In this document: positions 25,173 to 35,059 of the stretch, in pieces
How positions within the stretch are numbered: the first letter of the stretch is position 1
Layout of the letters: each line of letters begins with the position of its first letter
Assembly (NCBI GenBank): GCA_964475385.1
Contig: CAYYWV010000001.1
Location: forward strand, 1-61,287
Source: an uncultured Alphaproteobacteria bacterium
Lineage (GTDB): Bacteria > Pseudomonadota > Alphaproteobacteria > JAAXGF01
Direction of reading: 5' to 3'
Length of the DNA: 61,287 nucleotides
Notes under the pieces: generated by a model
Seen by the model: only the letters and a program-made list of their open reading frames with translations
What the model was told of the DNA's origin: nothing
Database searches by the model: none
Translations under genes and position numbers: made by a program

Positions 25173-25199
25173 GGGGTTGGATCGCGGCGATCCAACCCC
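25173..25199. terminator. Long perfect inverted repeat (13-nt arms) between convergent PEP-CTERM gene and tRNA-Asn; bidirectional terminator candidate
   Basis: ggggttggatcgc-g-gcgatccaacccc, 10 nt from the tRNA 3' end. Confidence 0.5.
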
Positions 25200-25209
25200 T
25201 CGCGAAATC

Positions 25210-25285
25210 TGGCTCCCCGGGCCGGACTCGAACCAGCGACCTAGTGGTTAACAGCCACCCGCTCTACCAACTGAGCTACCGGGGA
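25210..25285 (-). tRNA. tRNA-Asn (anticodon GTT)
   Basis: Folded by hand: acceptor TCCCCGG/CCGGGGA, D-arm GCTC/GAGC, anticodon arm GGTGG-CTGTTAA-CCACT, T-arm GCTGG-TTCGAGT-CCGGC, encoded CCA. Confidence 0.9.
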
Positions 25286-25424
25286 TCGGGGCGCGCATAA
25301 CGCGCGCGCTTGCGCGGGCTATATAGCAAAGCCTGTTCGCCCGCACCAGCCTTTCATCTATCCATCTATAGCCCCGTGGGCCATGATCCGTAAGAACTGG
25401 GCCCGAGGGAGGGAAGCGGCGACC

Positions 25425-26603
25425 ATGACGATCGACATCGACCGCGCGCGGCGCGAGACGCCGGGGTGCGAGGCCGTCGTCCACTTCAATAACGCGGGCG
25501 CGGCGCTGATGCCGGCGCCGGTGCTGGAGGCGGTGATCGGCCATCTTCGGCGCGAGGCGGAGATCGGCGGCTACGAGGCCGCGGAACATGCGGGGCGTCG
25601 CCTGGAAGGGGTCTATCGGTCGGCCGCCCGGCTTCTCAACTGCGAGGCCCGCGAGATCGCCGTCGTCGAGAACGCGACCCGGGCCTGGGACATGGCGTTC
25701 TACGCGCTTTCGTTCCGCCCCGGAGACCGCATTCTCACCTCGCGCGCCGAGTACGCGAGCAACTACATCGCCTTTCTTCAGGTGGCCAAGCGCACGGGCG
25801 CGATCGTGACGCCGATTCCCGACGACGCCGACGGGGGGCTGTCGATCTCCGCCCTCGCCGATATGATCGATGAGAAGACGCGGCTGATCGCGATCACCCA
25901 CGTGCCCACCAACGGCGGGCTCGTCAACCCGGCCGCCGAGGTCGGGCGTCTCGCGCGCGCGGCCGGCGTTCCTTTTCTGCTCGACGCCTGCCAGTCGGTC
26001 GGCCAGATGCCGATCGACGTGCGCGCGATCGGCTGCGATATGCTCTCGACCACCGGGCGGAAGTACCTGCGCGGCCCGCGTGGAACCGGCCTGCTCTACG
26101 TTCGTCGCGAGATGATCGAACGGCTGGAGCCGCCGTTCCTCGATCTCCACGCGGCGACCTGGACCGCGCCCGACCGCTATGCGGTGCGCGACGACGCCCG
26201 CCGGTTCGAGAACTGGGAAGGCAATGTGGCCGGCAAGATCGGCCTCGGCGTCGCCATCGACTATGCGCTCGGCTGGGGACTCGATGCGATCGCCGCGCGC
26301 GTGCGCGCGCTCGCCGAACGCCTGCGCGCCGAACTCGCCGCCATTCCCGGCGTGCGGCTGCGCGATCTCGGCCGAGAGCGTTGCGGGATCGTGAGCTTCG
26401 AAGTCGCGGGCCTCGCGCCGGACGCGGTGCGGCGCGCGCTCGCCGAAAAGCGCATCAACGTCGAGACCTCGTCGGCCGCGGCGACGCGGCTCGACATGAC
26501 CGCTCGCGGGCTCGAATGCCTGGTGCGCGCCTCGGTTCACTACTACAACACCGACGACGAGATCGCGCGGTTGTGCGAGGCGGTCGCTTCCCTTCGCCGT
26601 TAA
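25425..26603 (+). CDS. Class V aminotransferase / cysteine-desulfurase-like PLP enzyme
   Basis: [31 protein letters not shown], and the PLP-lysine segment [19 protein letters not shown]. Confidence 0.75.
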   Translation: MTIDIDRARRETPGCEAVVHFNNAGAALMPAPVLEAVIGHLRREAEIGGYEAAEHAGRRLEGVYRSAARLLNCEAREIAVVENATRAWDMAFYALSFRPGDRILTSRAEYASNYIAFLQVAKRTGAIVTPIPDDADGGLSISALADMIDEKTRLIAITHVPTNGGLVNPAAEVGRLARAAGVPFLLDACQSVGQMPIDVRAIGCDMLSTTGRKYLRGPRGTGLLYVRREMIERLEPPFLDLHAATWTAPDRYAVRDDARRFENWEGNVAGKIGLGVAIDYALGWGLDAIAARVRALAERLRAELAAIPGVRLRDLGRERCGIVSFEVAGLAPDAVRRALAEKRINVETSSAAATRLDMTARGLECLVRASVHYYNTDDEIARLCEAVASLRR

Positions 26604-26708
26604 GGCTGAGCCGGGATGCGATTTCGTCAGCCCAGGGTTGCGCGCGGCGACCCTTTCGCGGGCGGTCGCGTTCGTCCATAATGCCGCGCCCCAAGGAAGA
26701 AAGATTTT

Positions 26709-27686
26709 ATGGCCTTGCGTATTCTCCCCGTCTTTCCGCTCCTTATCCTGGCCCTTGCGCCCATCGCCGCGCAGGGGGCCGAGCATTTCGTCGTCCGTCC
26801 GGTCGAGGTCGACGACCGCAAGGCGGTGCTGGCGACGGTGGAAAGCGTCGACGTCGCCCGGGCGCGGGCGCGCATCCCCGGCACCATCGCCAAGCTCGTG
26901 ATCGACGAAGGCAGCCGGGTTCGCGCCGGCGAGGTCATCGCCGTGATCGACGACCCTAAGCTCGAGCTGCGCATCGCGGCGATCGATGCGCGCATCGCCG
27001 CGCTCAAGGCCCGCGAGAAACTCGCGCTCACCGAGCTCGAGCGCACCCGAGAACTGCGTCGCAAGGGCGCCGTCAGCCAGGCGCGGCTCGATACCGCGCA
27101 GACCCGGGCCGACGTGGTCAAGGCCGAGATCGCCGTGGCCAAGGCGGAGCGCGCGGTGGCGGTTCAGCAGCGCCGCGACGGCGAGGTCCACGCCCCGGGC
27201 GCGGGCCGGGTGCTCAAGGTGCCGGTGACCGAGGGCAGCGTGGTGCTCGCCGGCGACGTGATCGCGACCATCGCGACCGAATCCTATATCCTTCGCCTCA
27301 AGCTGCCGGAACGCCACGCCCGTTTCATTCGCGAAGGGGACACCGTGCTGATCGGCCCCCGCGGGCTGGCGGCGGACATGACGGCGTTGGGCGAGGGAAA
27401 GGTGCGTCAGGTCTATCCCGAGCTCGACCGGGGGCGCGTTGTCGCCGACGTCGAAGCCAAAGGGCTTGGCGATTACTTCGTAGGCGAGCGGACCCGGGTC
27501 TATGTGGCGACCGGCAAGCGCACCACCATGCGGGTGCCGCGGGCCTTTATCCGACGGCGGTTCGGGGTCTCTTTCGTCCGCCTTGAAAGCGGCGCCGAGG
27601 TGGCCGTGCAGACCGGCGCCGTCCTTGGCGATGAGGTCGAGGTTCTCTCGGGCCTGCGCGACGGCGACGTGCTCGTCCGGCCATGA
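26709..27686 (+). CDS. RND efflux periplasmic adaptor (membrane fusion protein, HlyD/AcrA family)
   Basis: Signal peptide. Lipoyl-hairpin segments (IPGTIAKLVIDEGSRVRAGEVIAVID ... APGAGRVLKVPVTEGSVV) flank a coiled coil. The stop overlaps the RND pump start (ATGA). Confidence 0.8.
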   Translation: MALRILPVFPLLILALAPIAAQGAEHFVVRPVEVDDRKAVLATVESVDVARARARIPGTIAKLVIDEGSRVRAGEVIAVIDDPKLELRIAAIDARIAALKAREKLALTELERTRELRRKGAVSQARLDTAQTRADVVKAEIAVAKAERAVAVQQRRDGEVHAPGAGRVLKVPVTEGSVVLAGDVIATIATESYILRLKLPERHARFIREGDTVLIGPRGLAADMTALGEGKVRQVYPELDRGRVVADVEAKGLGDYFVGERTRVYVATGKRTTMRVPRAFIRRRFGVSFVRLESGAEVAVQTGAVLGDEVEVLSGLRDGDVLVRP

Positions 27687-30600
27687 AGCTCGGCATCTCG
27701 GGCCGGATTACGCAGGCCTTTATCGAATCGCCGCTGACGCCTCTGTTCCTGCTCGCCGCGGTGGCGCTCGGCGTGATCGCGCTCCTCAACCTCCCGCGGG
27801 AAGAGGAACCGCAGATCAGCGTGCCGATGGTCGATATCCACGTTCGCGCCGACGGGCTCAAGGCGGAGGACGCGGTCGAGCTGGTGACCAAGCCGCTCGA
27901 GGATATCGTCAAGGGAATCGACGGGGTCGAGCATACTTACTCTCAGACCCTCGACGATCAGGTGATTGTGACCGCGCGGTTCTTTGTCGGCACCGACGCC
28001 GACGACGCGATCCTCAGGGTGCATGAAAAGCTGCGCGCCAACTTCGACCGCATCCCCCAAGGAATCCCCGAGCCTTTGGTGGTCGCGCGGGGCATCAACG
28101 ACGTTCCCATCGTGGTTCTCACCCTGTCGCCTCGGCCGGACCGAGCGACGCGCTGGGACGACCGGGCCCTCTATGAGATCGCCGAGGAACTGCGCAACGA
28201 GCTCGCCAAGACCGAGAACGTCGGCCTGACCTTCATCGTCGGCGGCCGTCCGACCCAGGTGCGGATCGAACCCGACCCCGAGCGGCTTGCGCTCTACGGC
28301 GTGACCCTCAACCAACTCGTCGACAAGATCGCCAACGCCAACCGCTCGTTCGAGGTCGGCGCGATCCGCGACAACGACAAGGCGCTCACCGTGATCGCCG
28401 GGCAGTCCCTGATCGGGGTGCCCGACATCGGTCTTCTGCTCGTGACCACCCGCGACGGCCGCCCGGTCTACGTCAAGGACGTGGCGCGGGTGGTGGTCGG
28501 CGGGCGGCCCGACGAGCATCGGGTCTGGCAGATCGAGCGCGCCGAGGACGGCAGCCTGCGCCGACTGCCCGCGGTGAGCGTCGCGCTCGCCAAGCGCAAA
28601 GGCACCAACGCGGTGGAGGTGGCCAACGACGTCCTGGCCCGGGTCGAGACCCTGCGCGGGCGGCTGATCCCCGACGACGTCGAGGTGACGGTCGCGCGCA
28701 ACTACGGCGAGACCGCGCGCGAGAAGGCGCAGTCGCTGCTTGGCCATCTCGCGGGGGCGACCGCGACCATCGTGCTGCTGATCGCGATCTTCGTGGGTTG
28801 GCGCGAAGGCGTGGTCACCTTCGTCGTCGTGCCCGCGACGATCCTGCTCACCTTCTTCGCCTCTTGGTTGATGGGCTACACCATCAACCGGGTCAGCCTG
28901 TTCGCGCTCATCTTCTCGATCGGGATTCTGGTCGACGACGCCATCGTGGTGGTCGAGAACATCGGCCGCCACTGGCGCCTCAAGCCCGACGCCAATCCGG
29001 TGAGAAGCGCCATCGAGGCGGTCGCCGAGGTCGGCAACCCGACCATCATCGCGACCCTGACCATCATCGCGGCGCTTCTGCCAATGATGTTCGTGACCGG
29101 GCTGATGGGGCCGTACATGAGCCCGATTCCGGCCAACGCGTCGGCGGCGATGCTGTTCTCGTTCTTCGTCGCGGTCATCATTACGCCTTGGCTTCTCCTG
29201 GGCCTCCGCACCCGGTTCCCGGGCCGGGCGAAAGGCGCAGCCGCGCATCCTCACCGCGGCGATGGGATTTTGGCTTGGATCTACCGCAAGGCGGCGCGGC
29301 CCCTGATCGCGACCCGGGCGCGGGCGATCGCCTTTCTGATCGTGGTCACGGCGGCGACGCTGGCCGTCACCGTTCTGTTCTTCACCAAGGACGTGACGGT
29401 CAAGCTTTTGCCTTTCGACAACAAGTCCGAGTTCCAGGTCGTCGTCGACCTGCCGGAGGGCTCCAGCCTCGAGGCCACCGAGCGGGTGTTGATGGCGGCC
29501 GCCGCCCGCCTCGCCGATCTTCCCGAACTCGACACGCTTCAGGCCTACGCGGGCACGGCCGCGCCGTTCAACTTCAACGGCCTGGTGCGGCATTACTACC
29601 TGCGCCAACGGCCCGAGCTCGGCGATCTTCAGGTCAACCTGGTCGCCAAGGGCGCGCGCGATCGGACCAGCCACGAGATCGCGCTTGACGCCCGGCAGCG
29701 GCTTCAGGGGCTGGATGCGCCTGCGGGGACGGCGATCAAGGTGGTCGAGGTGCCGCCCGGCCCGCCGGTTCTCGCCACTCTGATGACAGAGGTTTACGGT
29801 CCCAGCGCTGAGGCCCGGCGGGCGGCGGCGCGCAAGCTGCGCGACATCTACGAGAACATCGACTTCATCGTCGATGTGGACGATTCCTTCGGCCAGCCGG
29901 CCGAGCGGGTGCACTTCAAGATCAACCAGGAAAACCTGGAGTTCTTCGGGGTCGAGCAACAGGCCGTCTACGACACCATCGCGGCTCTGCTGGGCGGGGT
30001 GCGGGTCGGCTACTCCCAGCGCGGCGGCGGCACCAACCCGATCGAGATCACGATCGCCCTGCCCAAGGAAGCGAAGTACCTGAGCGAACGACTGCTCGCC
30101 ACCCCGGTCCCGTCGGCTTCGGGCACCGTCGATCTTGGCGACGTGGTGACCGTTCATCGCATTCGCGCCTCCTACCCGATCTTCCGTCGCGACGGGCTTC
30201 CCACCGAGATGGTGACCGCCGATCTCGCCGGCCGTTTCGAGGCCCCGATCTATGGCATGCTCGCGGTGGACAAGGCGGTGGCCGCCGCCGATGATTGGGG
30301 CGCGGCTGGTCCGCCCACCATCCGGTTTCACGGCCAGCCCCGCGACGAATCGAAGCTCACCTTCCTTTGGGACGGCGAGTGGGAGGTGACCTATGTCACT
30401 TTCCGCGATATGGGCGCGGCCTTCGCGGTCGCCCTTCTTGGGATCTATCTCCTCGTGGTCGGGCAGTTCGGCAGCTTCAAATTGCCGCTCGTAATCCTGG
30501 TCCCGGTGCCGCTCACCTTCATTGGGATCGTGCTCGGCCACTGGCTTCTCAATGCTCCCTTTACCGCGACCTCGATGATCGGGTTCATCGCGCTCGCCGG

Positions 30601-30910
30601 GATCATCGTGCGCAACTCGATCCTGTTGGTCGATTTCATCCGCGCCCGGCGCGAGACCGGGGCCTGCCTCAGGGCCTGTCTTCTCGACGCCGGCGCGGTG
30701 CGCTTTCGGCCGATCTTTCTGACCGCCGCCGCGGCCATGGTGGGCGCGGCCTTCATCCTGCCCGACCCGATCTTCCAAGGGCTTGCGATCTCGCTTCTGT
30801 TCGGTCTGATCTCCTCGACGTTGCTCACCGTCCTCGTCATTCCGGCGCTATACATCTGGCTCCGCGACGACGGCCGCGGGTTCGAGGACGCGCCCGCCGG
30901 CGGCGGCTGA
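27683..30910 (+). CDS. RND efflux permease (AcrB/AcrD/AcrF family)
   Basis: 1075 aa with a 12-TM architecture and two large periplasmic loops. Typical segments FSIGILVDDAIVVVENI and ALAGIIVRNSILLVDF. Confidence 0.9.
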   Translation: MKLGISGRITQAFIESPLTPLFLLAAVALGVIALLNLPREEEPQISVPMVDIHVRADGLKAEDAVELVTKPLEDIVKGIDGVEHTYSQTLDDQVIVTARFFVGTDADDAILRVHEKLRANFDRIPQGIPEPLVVARGINDVPIVVLTLSPRPDRATRWDDRALYEIAEELRNELAKTENVGLTFIVGGRPTQVRIEPDPERLALYGVTLNQLVDKIANANRSFEVGAIRDNDKALTVIAGQSLIGVPDIGLLLVTTRDGRPVYVKDVARVVVGGRPDEHRVWQIERAEDGSLRRLPAVSVALAKRKGTNAVEVANDVLARVETLRGRLIPDDVEVTVARNYGETAREKAQSLLGHLAGATATIVLLIAIFVGWREGVVTFVVVPATILLTFFASWLMGYTINRVSLFALIFSIGILVDDAIVVVENIGRHWRLKPDANPVRSAIEAVAEVGNPTIIATLTIIAALLPMMFVTGLMGPYMSPIPANASAAMLFSFFVAVIITPWLLLGLRTRFPGRAKGAAAHPHRGDGILAWIYRKAARPLIATRARAIAFLIVVTAATLAVTVLFFTKDVTVKLLPFDNKSEFQVVVDLPEGSSLEATERVLMAAAARLADLPELDTLQAYAGTAAPFNFNGLVRHYYLRQRPELGDLQVNLVAKGARDRTSHEIALDARQRLQGLDAPAGTAIKVVEVPPGPPVLATLMTEVYGPSAEARRAAARKLRDIYENIDFIVDVDDSFGQPAERVHFKINQENLEFFGVEQQAVYDTIAALLGGVRVGYSQRGGGTNPIEITIALPKEAKYLSERLLATPVPSASGTVDLGDVVTVHRIRASYPIFRRDGLPTEMVTADLAGRFEAPIYGMLAVDKAVAAADDWGAAGPPTIRFHGQPRDESKLTFLWDGEWEVTYVTFRDMGAAFAVALLGIYLLVVGQFGSFKLPLVILVPVPLTFIGIVLGHWLLNAPFTATSMIGFIALAGIIVRNSILLVDFIRARRETGACLRACLLDAGAVRFRPIFLTAAAAMVGAAFILPDPIFQGLAISLLFGLISSTLLTVLVIPALYIWLRDDGRGFEDAPAGGG

Positions 30911-30918
30911 GGCGGCCA

Positions 30919-30948
30919 TACGCCATTGACATATGCGTCGATGGCGTA
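30919..30948 (+). promoter_or_regulatory. Inverted repeat TACGCCAT-N14-ATGGCGTA overlapping a TTGACA box; candidate operator/promoter of toxin-antitoxin module 1
   Basis: Read directly, 12 nt upstream of the toxin ATG at 30960. Confidence 0.4.
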
Positions 30949-30959
30949 CATATGAGTAT

Positions 30960-31301
30960 ATGGCCATCGTGACCGTCGTCGAGATGCCCGAGTTTCGGCG
31001 CCGCGCTTCTGCCATCATGAGCGAGGCCGAACGCATGGAGCTGATCGATTACATCGCTCGTAATGCGACGAGAGGGGTGTCCCTTGGAGGAGGCGTCCGG
31101 AAGGTCCGGTTCGCACGTTCCGGTAGCGGCAAGAGCGCTGGCTACCGGGTAATCTACGTCTTTGCGCCCGGTGTGGACATGCCGGTTTTCCTGATCACGG
31201 CCTTCGCCAAGAATGAGAAGGCCAACCTGAGCAGATCCGAAACCGAAGCAGTGAAGGCCCTTGGCAAGAAACTCGTCGACACCTATAGGAGAAAGCCATG
31301 A
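30960..31301 (+). CDS. Type II toxin, RelE/HigB-like (toxin-first module)
   Basis: EMPEFRR... GGGVRKVRFARSGSGKSAGYRVIYVF...FLITAFAKNEKANLS is the pattern of the RelE-like 'addiction module killer' family. The stop overlaps the antitoxin start (ATGA). Confidence 0.7.
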   Translation: MAIVTVVEMPEFRRRASAIMSEAERMELIDYIARNATRGVSLGGGVRKVRFARSGSGKSAGYRVIYVFAPGVDMPVFLITAFAKNEKANLSRSETEAVKALGKKLVDTYRRKP

Positions 31302-31603
31302 GCAAGGCATTCAAGAGCATCGAACGGGGTCTGGAGGAGGCGCTTGCCCATGCTCGGGACAAGGGCGCTTCGGAAGCTTTGGGAGCCGTCATTCACCGGA
31401 TCGAAGTCCCCGACCCGGACGTGCGGGTGATCCGCGCCCGGACCGGGCTTTCGCAGTCCGCGTTTGCGCGCAGCATCGGGGTCGCCAAGGGGACGCTGCT
31501 GCAGTGGGAACAGCGGCGTCGGCGTCCCCAGGGCCCAGCGCGGGTTCTTCTCGCTCTGATCGACAAAGATCCAGGGATCGTGCAGCGCATGCTGCGTGGC
31601 TGA
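31298..31603 (+). CDS. Type II antitoxin, XRE-type HTH (HigA/NadS-like)
   Basis: IRARTGLSQSAFARSIGVAKGTLLQWEQRRRRPQGPARVLLALIDKDP. Confidence 0.7.
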   Translation: MSKAFKSIERGLEEALAHARDKGASEALGAVIHRIEVPDPDVRVIRARTGLSQSAFARSIGVAKGTLLQWEQRRRRPQGPARVLLALIDKDPGIVQRMLRG

Positions 31604-31794
31604 GGCGCCTCGAAGGAACTCGGCAAATCCTGCGTCCCCAAGCTGATCGCCCGCGCCATCTCTTTTTGTCGGTTGCAAGATGTTGAACGGGCTCCCGTCA
31701 CGAAGCCTTGACCGCCCGTGAAGGCGGGCTGCGCTATCATGGCCGCATCAATCGCGCGAAGGGGGGCGCCTCTGGGCGGTCGGGAGACGGACCG

Positions 31795-32484
31795 ATGGCA
31801 AACCCTTTCCGGCGGCGGGCTCTCTTGGCTTTCGGCCTCGGTATGGCGCTGGCTTTGATCGGGATCGGGGCGCATCCCGAGGAACCCGCCGCCCAGCGCG
31901 GGGACGGTTTGTCGAGGGCCGATGCGGTTCAGATCGCCGATATCAGCGGCAACCCCAACCGACCCCGGCGCCATTTCCGGGTTCCCAACCCGAAGTTTCT
32001 GGATTCCGCCGCCGCCGAGACGATCTATCAGCGCCTGCTTGGGCGGATGGCGGCGGGCTACGCCCTTTCGGGCCGAACCGTCTACAAGGGGTGGAAGCGC
32101 TACAACCGCGCGCCCTATATCTCGGCGACCCACGGCCGGCGCTATGTCAACAACTACGCCAACGCGCGCGGCGCGGCGTATGGCCGGTTCGAAGCCGCCG
32201 GCCGGCTCCCGGTCGGCGCCCTGATCGCCAAGGACAGCTTCACCGTGACCGAGGACGGCGCGATCGCGCCCGGGCCTTTGTTCCTGATGGAGAAGATGCC
32301 CAGAGGCTTCAACTATGCGAGCGGGGACTGGCGCTATGCGGTCGTCATGCCCGACGGTTCGGTTCTCGGCGTGACCCGGGGCGAGAACGCCGAGGCGGTC
32401 GAGTACTGCGTCGGCTGCCATCTCGCCGCCGAGGCTCACGACCATCTCTATTTCCCGCCGCCGGCGATGCGAACCGGAAAATAG
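31795..32484 (+). CDS. Cytochrome P460-family-like periplasmic monoheme protein
   Basis: Signal peptide RRRALLAFGLGMALALIG. Single C-terminal heme motif YCVGCH preceded by SGDWRYAVVMPDG and followed by DHLYF. Confidence 0.5.
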   Translation: MANPFRRRALLAFGLGMALALIGIGAHPEEPAAQRGDGLSRADAVQIADISGNPNRPRRHFRVPNPKFLDSAAAETIYQRLLGRMAAGYALSGRTVYKGWKRYNRAPYISATHGRRYVNNYANARGAAYGRFEAAGRLPVGALIAKDSFTVTEDGAIAPGPLFLMEKMPRGFNYASGDWRYAVVMPDGSVLGVTRGENAEAVEYCVGCHLAAEAHDHLYFPPPAMRTGK

Positions 32485-32574
32485 CCCTGGCATGAACGCT
32501 TTTTTCTTTGCCGGCTGCGGCGCGTCAACTTGCCCGAAAGGATTAACCAGCTACAGTAAGCATATGGAAGGGGC

Positions 32575-33678
32575 GTGGGTTCGCCGCCCCTCCCGGCTCC
32601 GCCTCGAAAGCCGGGTCGGGGCCAGCGCGAAAGGGCCGAGAGCGTGGAACTCGCCGTAGACAACGCCGCAGTCCGAGACGCCGCCGTAAGCCGCGCGGCG
32701 GCGCGCGGCCTGCCCGAGATTCCGGTGGTCGACGTCGGGACCGGCGGGCCGGTCGCGCTGTTCGAAGCCCGGCGCGCGGCGGCGGCGGCCCTGCTTTCGA
32801 CCGGTTGCGAGACCTACGGCCGGCTCGCGATCGCGCTCGGGGACCGGATCTCGCGACGCTGGCTTGCGCGCGCGGCCAACCCCTATCTCGGCGAGATCGA
32901 TCGGATCGCGGCCACCGGCGATCGACCCGGCGTCTATACGCTCAACTTGAGCTACGAGTGGTTCTGCACCTCGGGCGTCGCGCCCGATCCGGAAGGGCGC
33001 GGCAACCGCATGCTGCGGACCCTCGATTGGTCGCTCGACGGGCTCGGCCGCCACGCGGTCGTGGCCCGGTTCGAAGGGGCGGCGGGGGCCTACTACAACA
33101 TCACCTGGCCGGGCTTCGTGGGCGTGGTCACCGCGATGGCCCCGGGTCGGTTCTCGGCCGCGCTCAACCAAGCGCCGATGGCGCGCAAGACCCCGTTTCT
33201 CGCGCTCGATTGGGCGCAGGCGCGGCTCGACGTGTGGCGCGGCCGCGGGTTGCCGCCGGTGCATCTTCTGCGCCGCGTCTTCGACAACTGCGAGACCTTC
33301 GCCGAGGCCCGCGCGATGCTGTGCGAGGTGCCGGTCAGCCTGCCCGGCTTCTTCACGCTCAGCGGGGTGGAGGCGGACGAGGGCTGCGTGATCGAGCGCT
33401 TCGACCATCGCGCGGTGGTCCACGATTCGCCGATCGCGGTCGCCAACCACTGGCTCACGCCCGGGCTTGGCGGGGAGCCGCGCGGCGTCGACAGCTATGA
33501 GCGCCGGGTTCTGATGGAGGCCGCGCTCGGCCGCCGTCACGCTGGCTTCCGTTGGCTGCGCGCGCCGGTGTTGAACGAGTGCACGCGGCTCGCCGTGATC
33601 GCCAACGCGGCGACCGGCCGCCTGACGGTCCAGGGGTTCGAAGGGGGCGCGCCGGCGACCGCCGTACGCAGGCTCTGA
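32575..33678 (+). CDS. Ntn-hydrolase of the acid-ceramidase/NAAA/choloylglycine-hydrolase-like type
   Basis: Putative nucleophile Cys in EWFCTSG. RTLDWS. ITWPGFVGVVTAMAPGRFSAALNQ parallels the acid-ceramidase segment FAGYVGMLTG..PG.FS.. as I remember it. The start is uncertain (GTG 32575 or GTG 32644). Confidence 0.45.
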   Translation: MGSPPLPAPPRKPGRGQRERAESVELAVDNAAVRDAAVSRAAARGLPEIPVVDVGTGGPVALFEARRAAAAALLSTGCETYGRLAIALGDRISRRWLARAANPYLGEIDRIAATGDRPGVYTLNLSYEWFCTSGVAPDPEGRGNRMLRTLDWSLDGLGRHAVVARFEGAAGAYYNITWPGFVGVVTAMAPGRFSAALNQAPMARKTPFLALDWAQARLDVWRGRGLPPVHLLRRVFDNCETFAEARAMLCEVPVSLPGFFTLSGVEADEGCVIERFDHRAVVHDSPIAVANHWLTPGLGGEPRGVDSYERRVLMEAALGRRHAGFRWLRAPVLNECTRLAVIANAATGRLTVQGFEGGAPATAVRRL

Positions 33679-33723
33679 TCTCCCGCGCTTGACCCGAGTG
33701 CGACCGGCCCACTAAAAGGGATC

Positions 33724-33996
33724 ATGCTCGGGTTCAGCCTTCAGAAGCTCATCGTTCTCGCCGCGGTCATCGCCGCGGTCTGGTACGGGTTCAAGTTCAT
33801 CGGCCGGCTCGATCAGGCGCGCAAGCAGGCCGAACGCGCCTCGCCGGCCGCCGTCGGCCGAAAAGGCCGCGCGGCGCGCCCGCGCGATCCCGCGCCCGCG
33901 GCCGAGGACATGGTCCGCTGCGACGCCTGCGGCGCTTATGTGGCGCAGAACGGCGCGGCCGCCTGCGGGCGCGACGACTGCCCTTATCCCGGCTGA
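33724..33996 (+). CDS. Small membrane-anchored protein with a C-terminal 4-Cys ribbon
   Basis: One TM helix (LIVLAAVIAAVWYGFKFI). Basic linker. CDACGAYV...CGRDDCPYP. Confidence 0.45.
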   Translation: MLGFSLQKLIVLAAVIAAVWYGFKFIGRLDQARKQAERASPAAVGRKGRAARPRDPAPAAEDMVRCDACGAYVAQNGAAACGRDDCPYPG

Positions 33997-34139
33997 TATT
34001 GCATTGGCTGGGGCCTTGCCCAGCCCCGCCTTGACCCCGCCCCGGCGGCCCCTTACCTTGCGCCGCAACATCGCGAGCGGCGGGAACCCCGCCAGCGCCG
34101 GGCGCGCGGTCCGGCCGGAAGAGGGAAACGAGCGGACGG

Positions 34140-35057
34140 ATGACGGCATCGGGCGGGAAAGCCCCGTCATTTCAGGATCTTATACTGACGCTCCAGCGCT
34201 TCTGGGCGGAGCGCGGCTGCGTCATCCTTCAGCCCTATGACATGGAGGTGGGGGCGGGCACCTTCCACCCGGCCACCACGCTGCGCGCGCTGGGGCCCGA
34301 GCCCTGGAACGCGGCCTATGTCCAGCCCTCGCGCCGGCCCCAGGACGGCCGCTACGGCGAGAACCCCAACCGGCTCCAGCACTACTACCAGTTCCAGGTC
34401 ATCCTGAAGCCCTCGCCCGACGACATTCAGGACCGCTACCTCGCGAGCCTCGAAGCGCTCGGGATCGTTCCCAGCATGCACGACATCCGCTTCGTCGAGG
34501 ACGACTGGGAGAGCCCGACGCTCGGCGCCTGGGGGCTCGGCTGGGAGGTCTGGTGCGACGGCATGGAGGTCTCGCAGTTCACCTACTTCCAGCAGGTCGG
34601 CGGGATCGACTGCGACCCGGTCTCGGGCGAGATCACCTATGGGCTCGAACGGCTGGCCATGTACGTCCAGGGGATCGAGAACGTCTACGATCTCGACTGG
34701 AACGGGTTGCCTCGGAACGCGGGCGGCGTGCGCTACGGCGACGTGTTCCTTCAGGCCGAGCGCGAGTTCTCGGCCTACAACTTCGAGTACGCCGATACGT
34801 CCACGCTCGAACGGCACTTCGCCGACGCCGAGCGCGCCTGCGCGGCGCTGCTCGACGAGGGGCTCGCGCTGCCGGCCTATGACCAGTGCCTGAAGGCGAG
34901 CCATCTGTTCAATCTTTTGGACGCGCGCGGGGTGATCAGCGTGACCGAGCGCGCCGCCTACATCGCCCGGGTGCGCGCGCTCGCCAAGGGGTGCTGCGCC
35001 AAGTGGCTGGAAAGCCGCGGCGCGAAGGCGGGCGCAGGCGAAAGCGCGGGCGGCTGA
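34140..35057 (+). CDS. glyQ: Glycine--tRNA ligase alpha subunit
   Basis: [46 protein letters not shown] and the rest are colinear with GlyQ. Confidence 0.95.
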   Translation: MTASGGKAPSFQDLILTLQRFWAERGCVILQPYDMEVGAGTFHPATTLRALGPEPWNAAYVQPSRRPQDGRYGENPNRLQHYYQFQVILKPSPDDIQDRYLASLEALGIVPSMHDIRFVEDDWESPTLGAWGLGWEVWCDGMEVSQFTYFQQVGGIDCDPVSGEITYGLERLAMYVQGIENVYDLDWNGLPRNAGGVRYGDVFLQAEREFSAYNFEYADTSTLERHFADAERACAALLDEGLALPAYDQCLKASHLFNLLDARGVISVTERAAYIARVRALAKGCCAKWLESRGAKAGAGESAGG

Positions 35058-35059
35058 CC

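Noticed and set aside
17007-25285. Genomic island bounded by tRNA-Pro and tRNA-Asn
   Set aside because: I found no integrase, transposase or flanking direct repeat of a tRNA 3' end. The content includes core genes (ispB, methyltransferase, DUF1134). Only local AT-rich spacers deviate in composition.
27500-30778. 1092-aa ORF antisense to the RND permease gene
   Set aside because: Same reasoning. The opposite strand encodes an unmistakable AcrB-type pump, and the antisense product is highly charged, low-complexity sequence.
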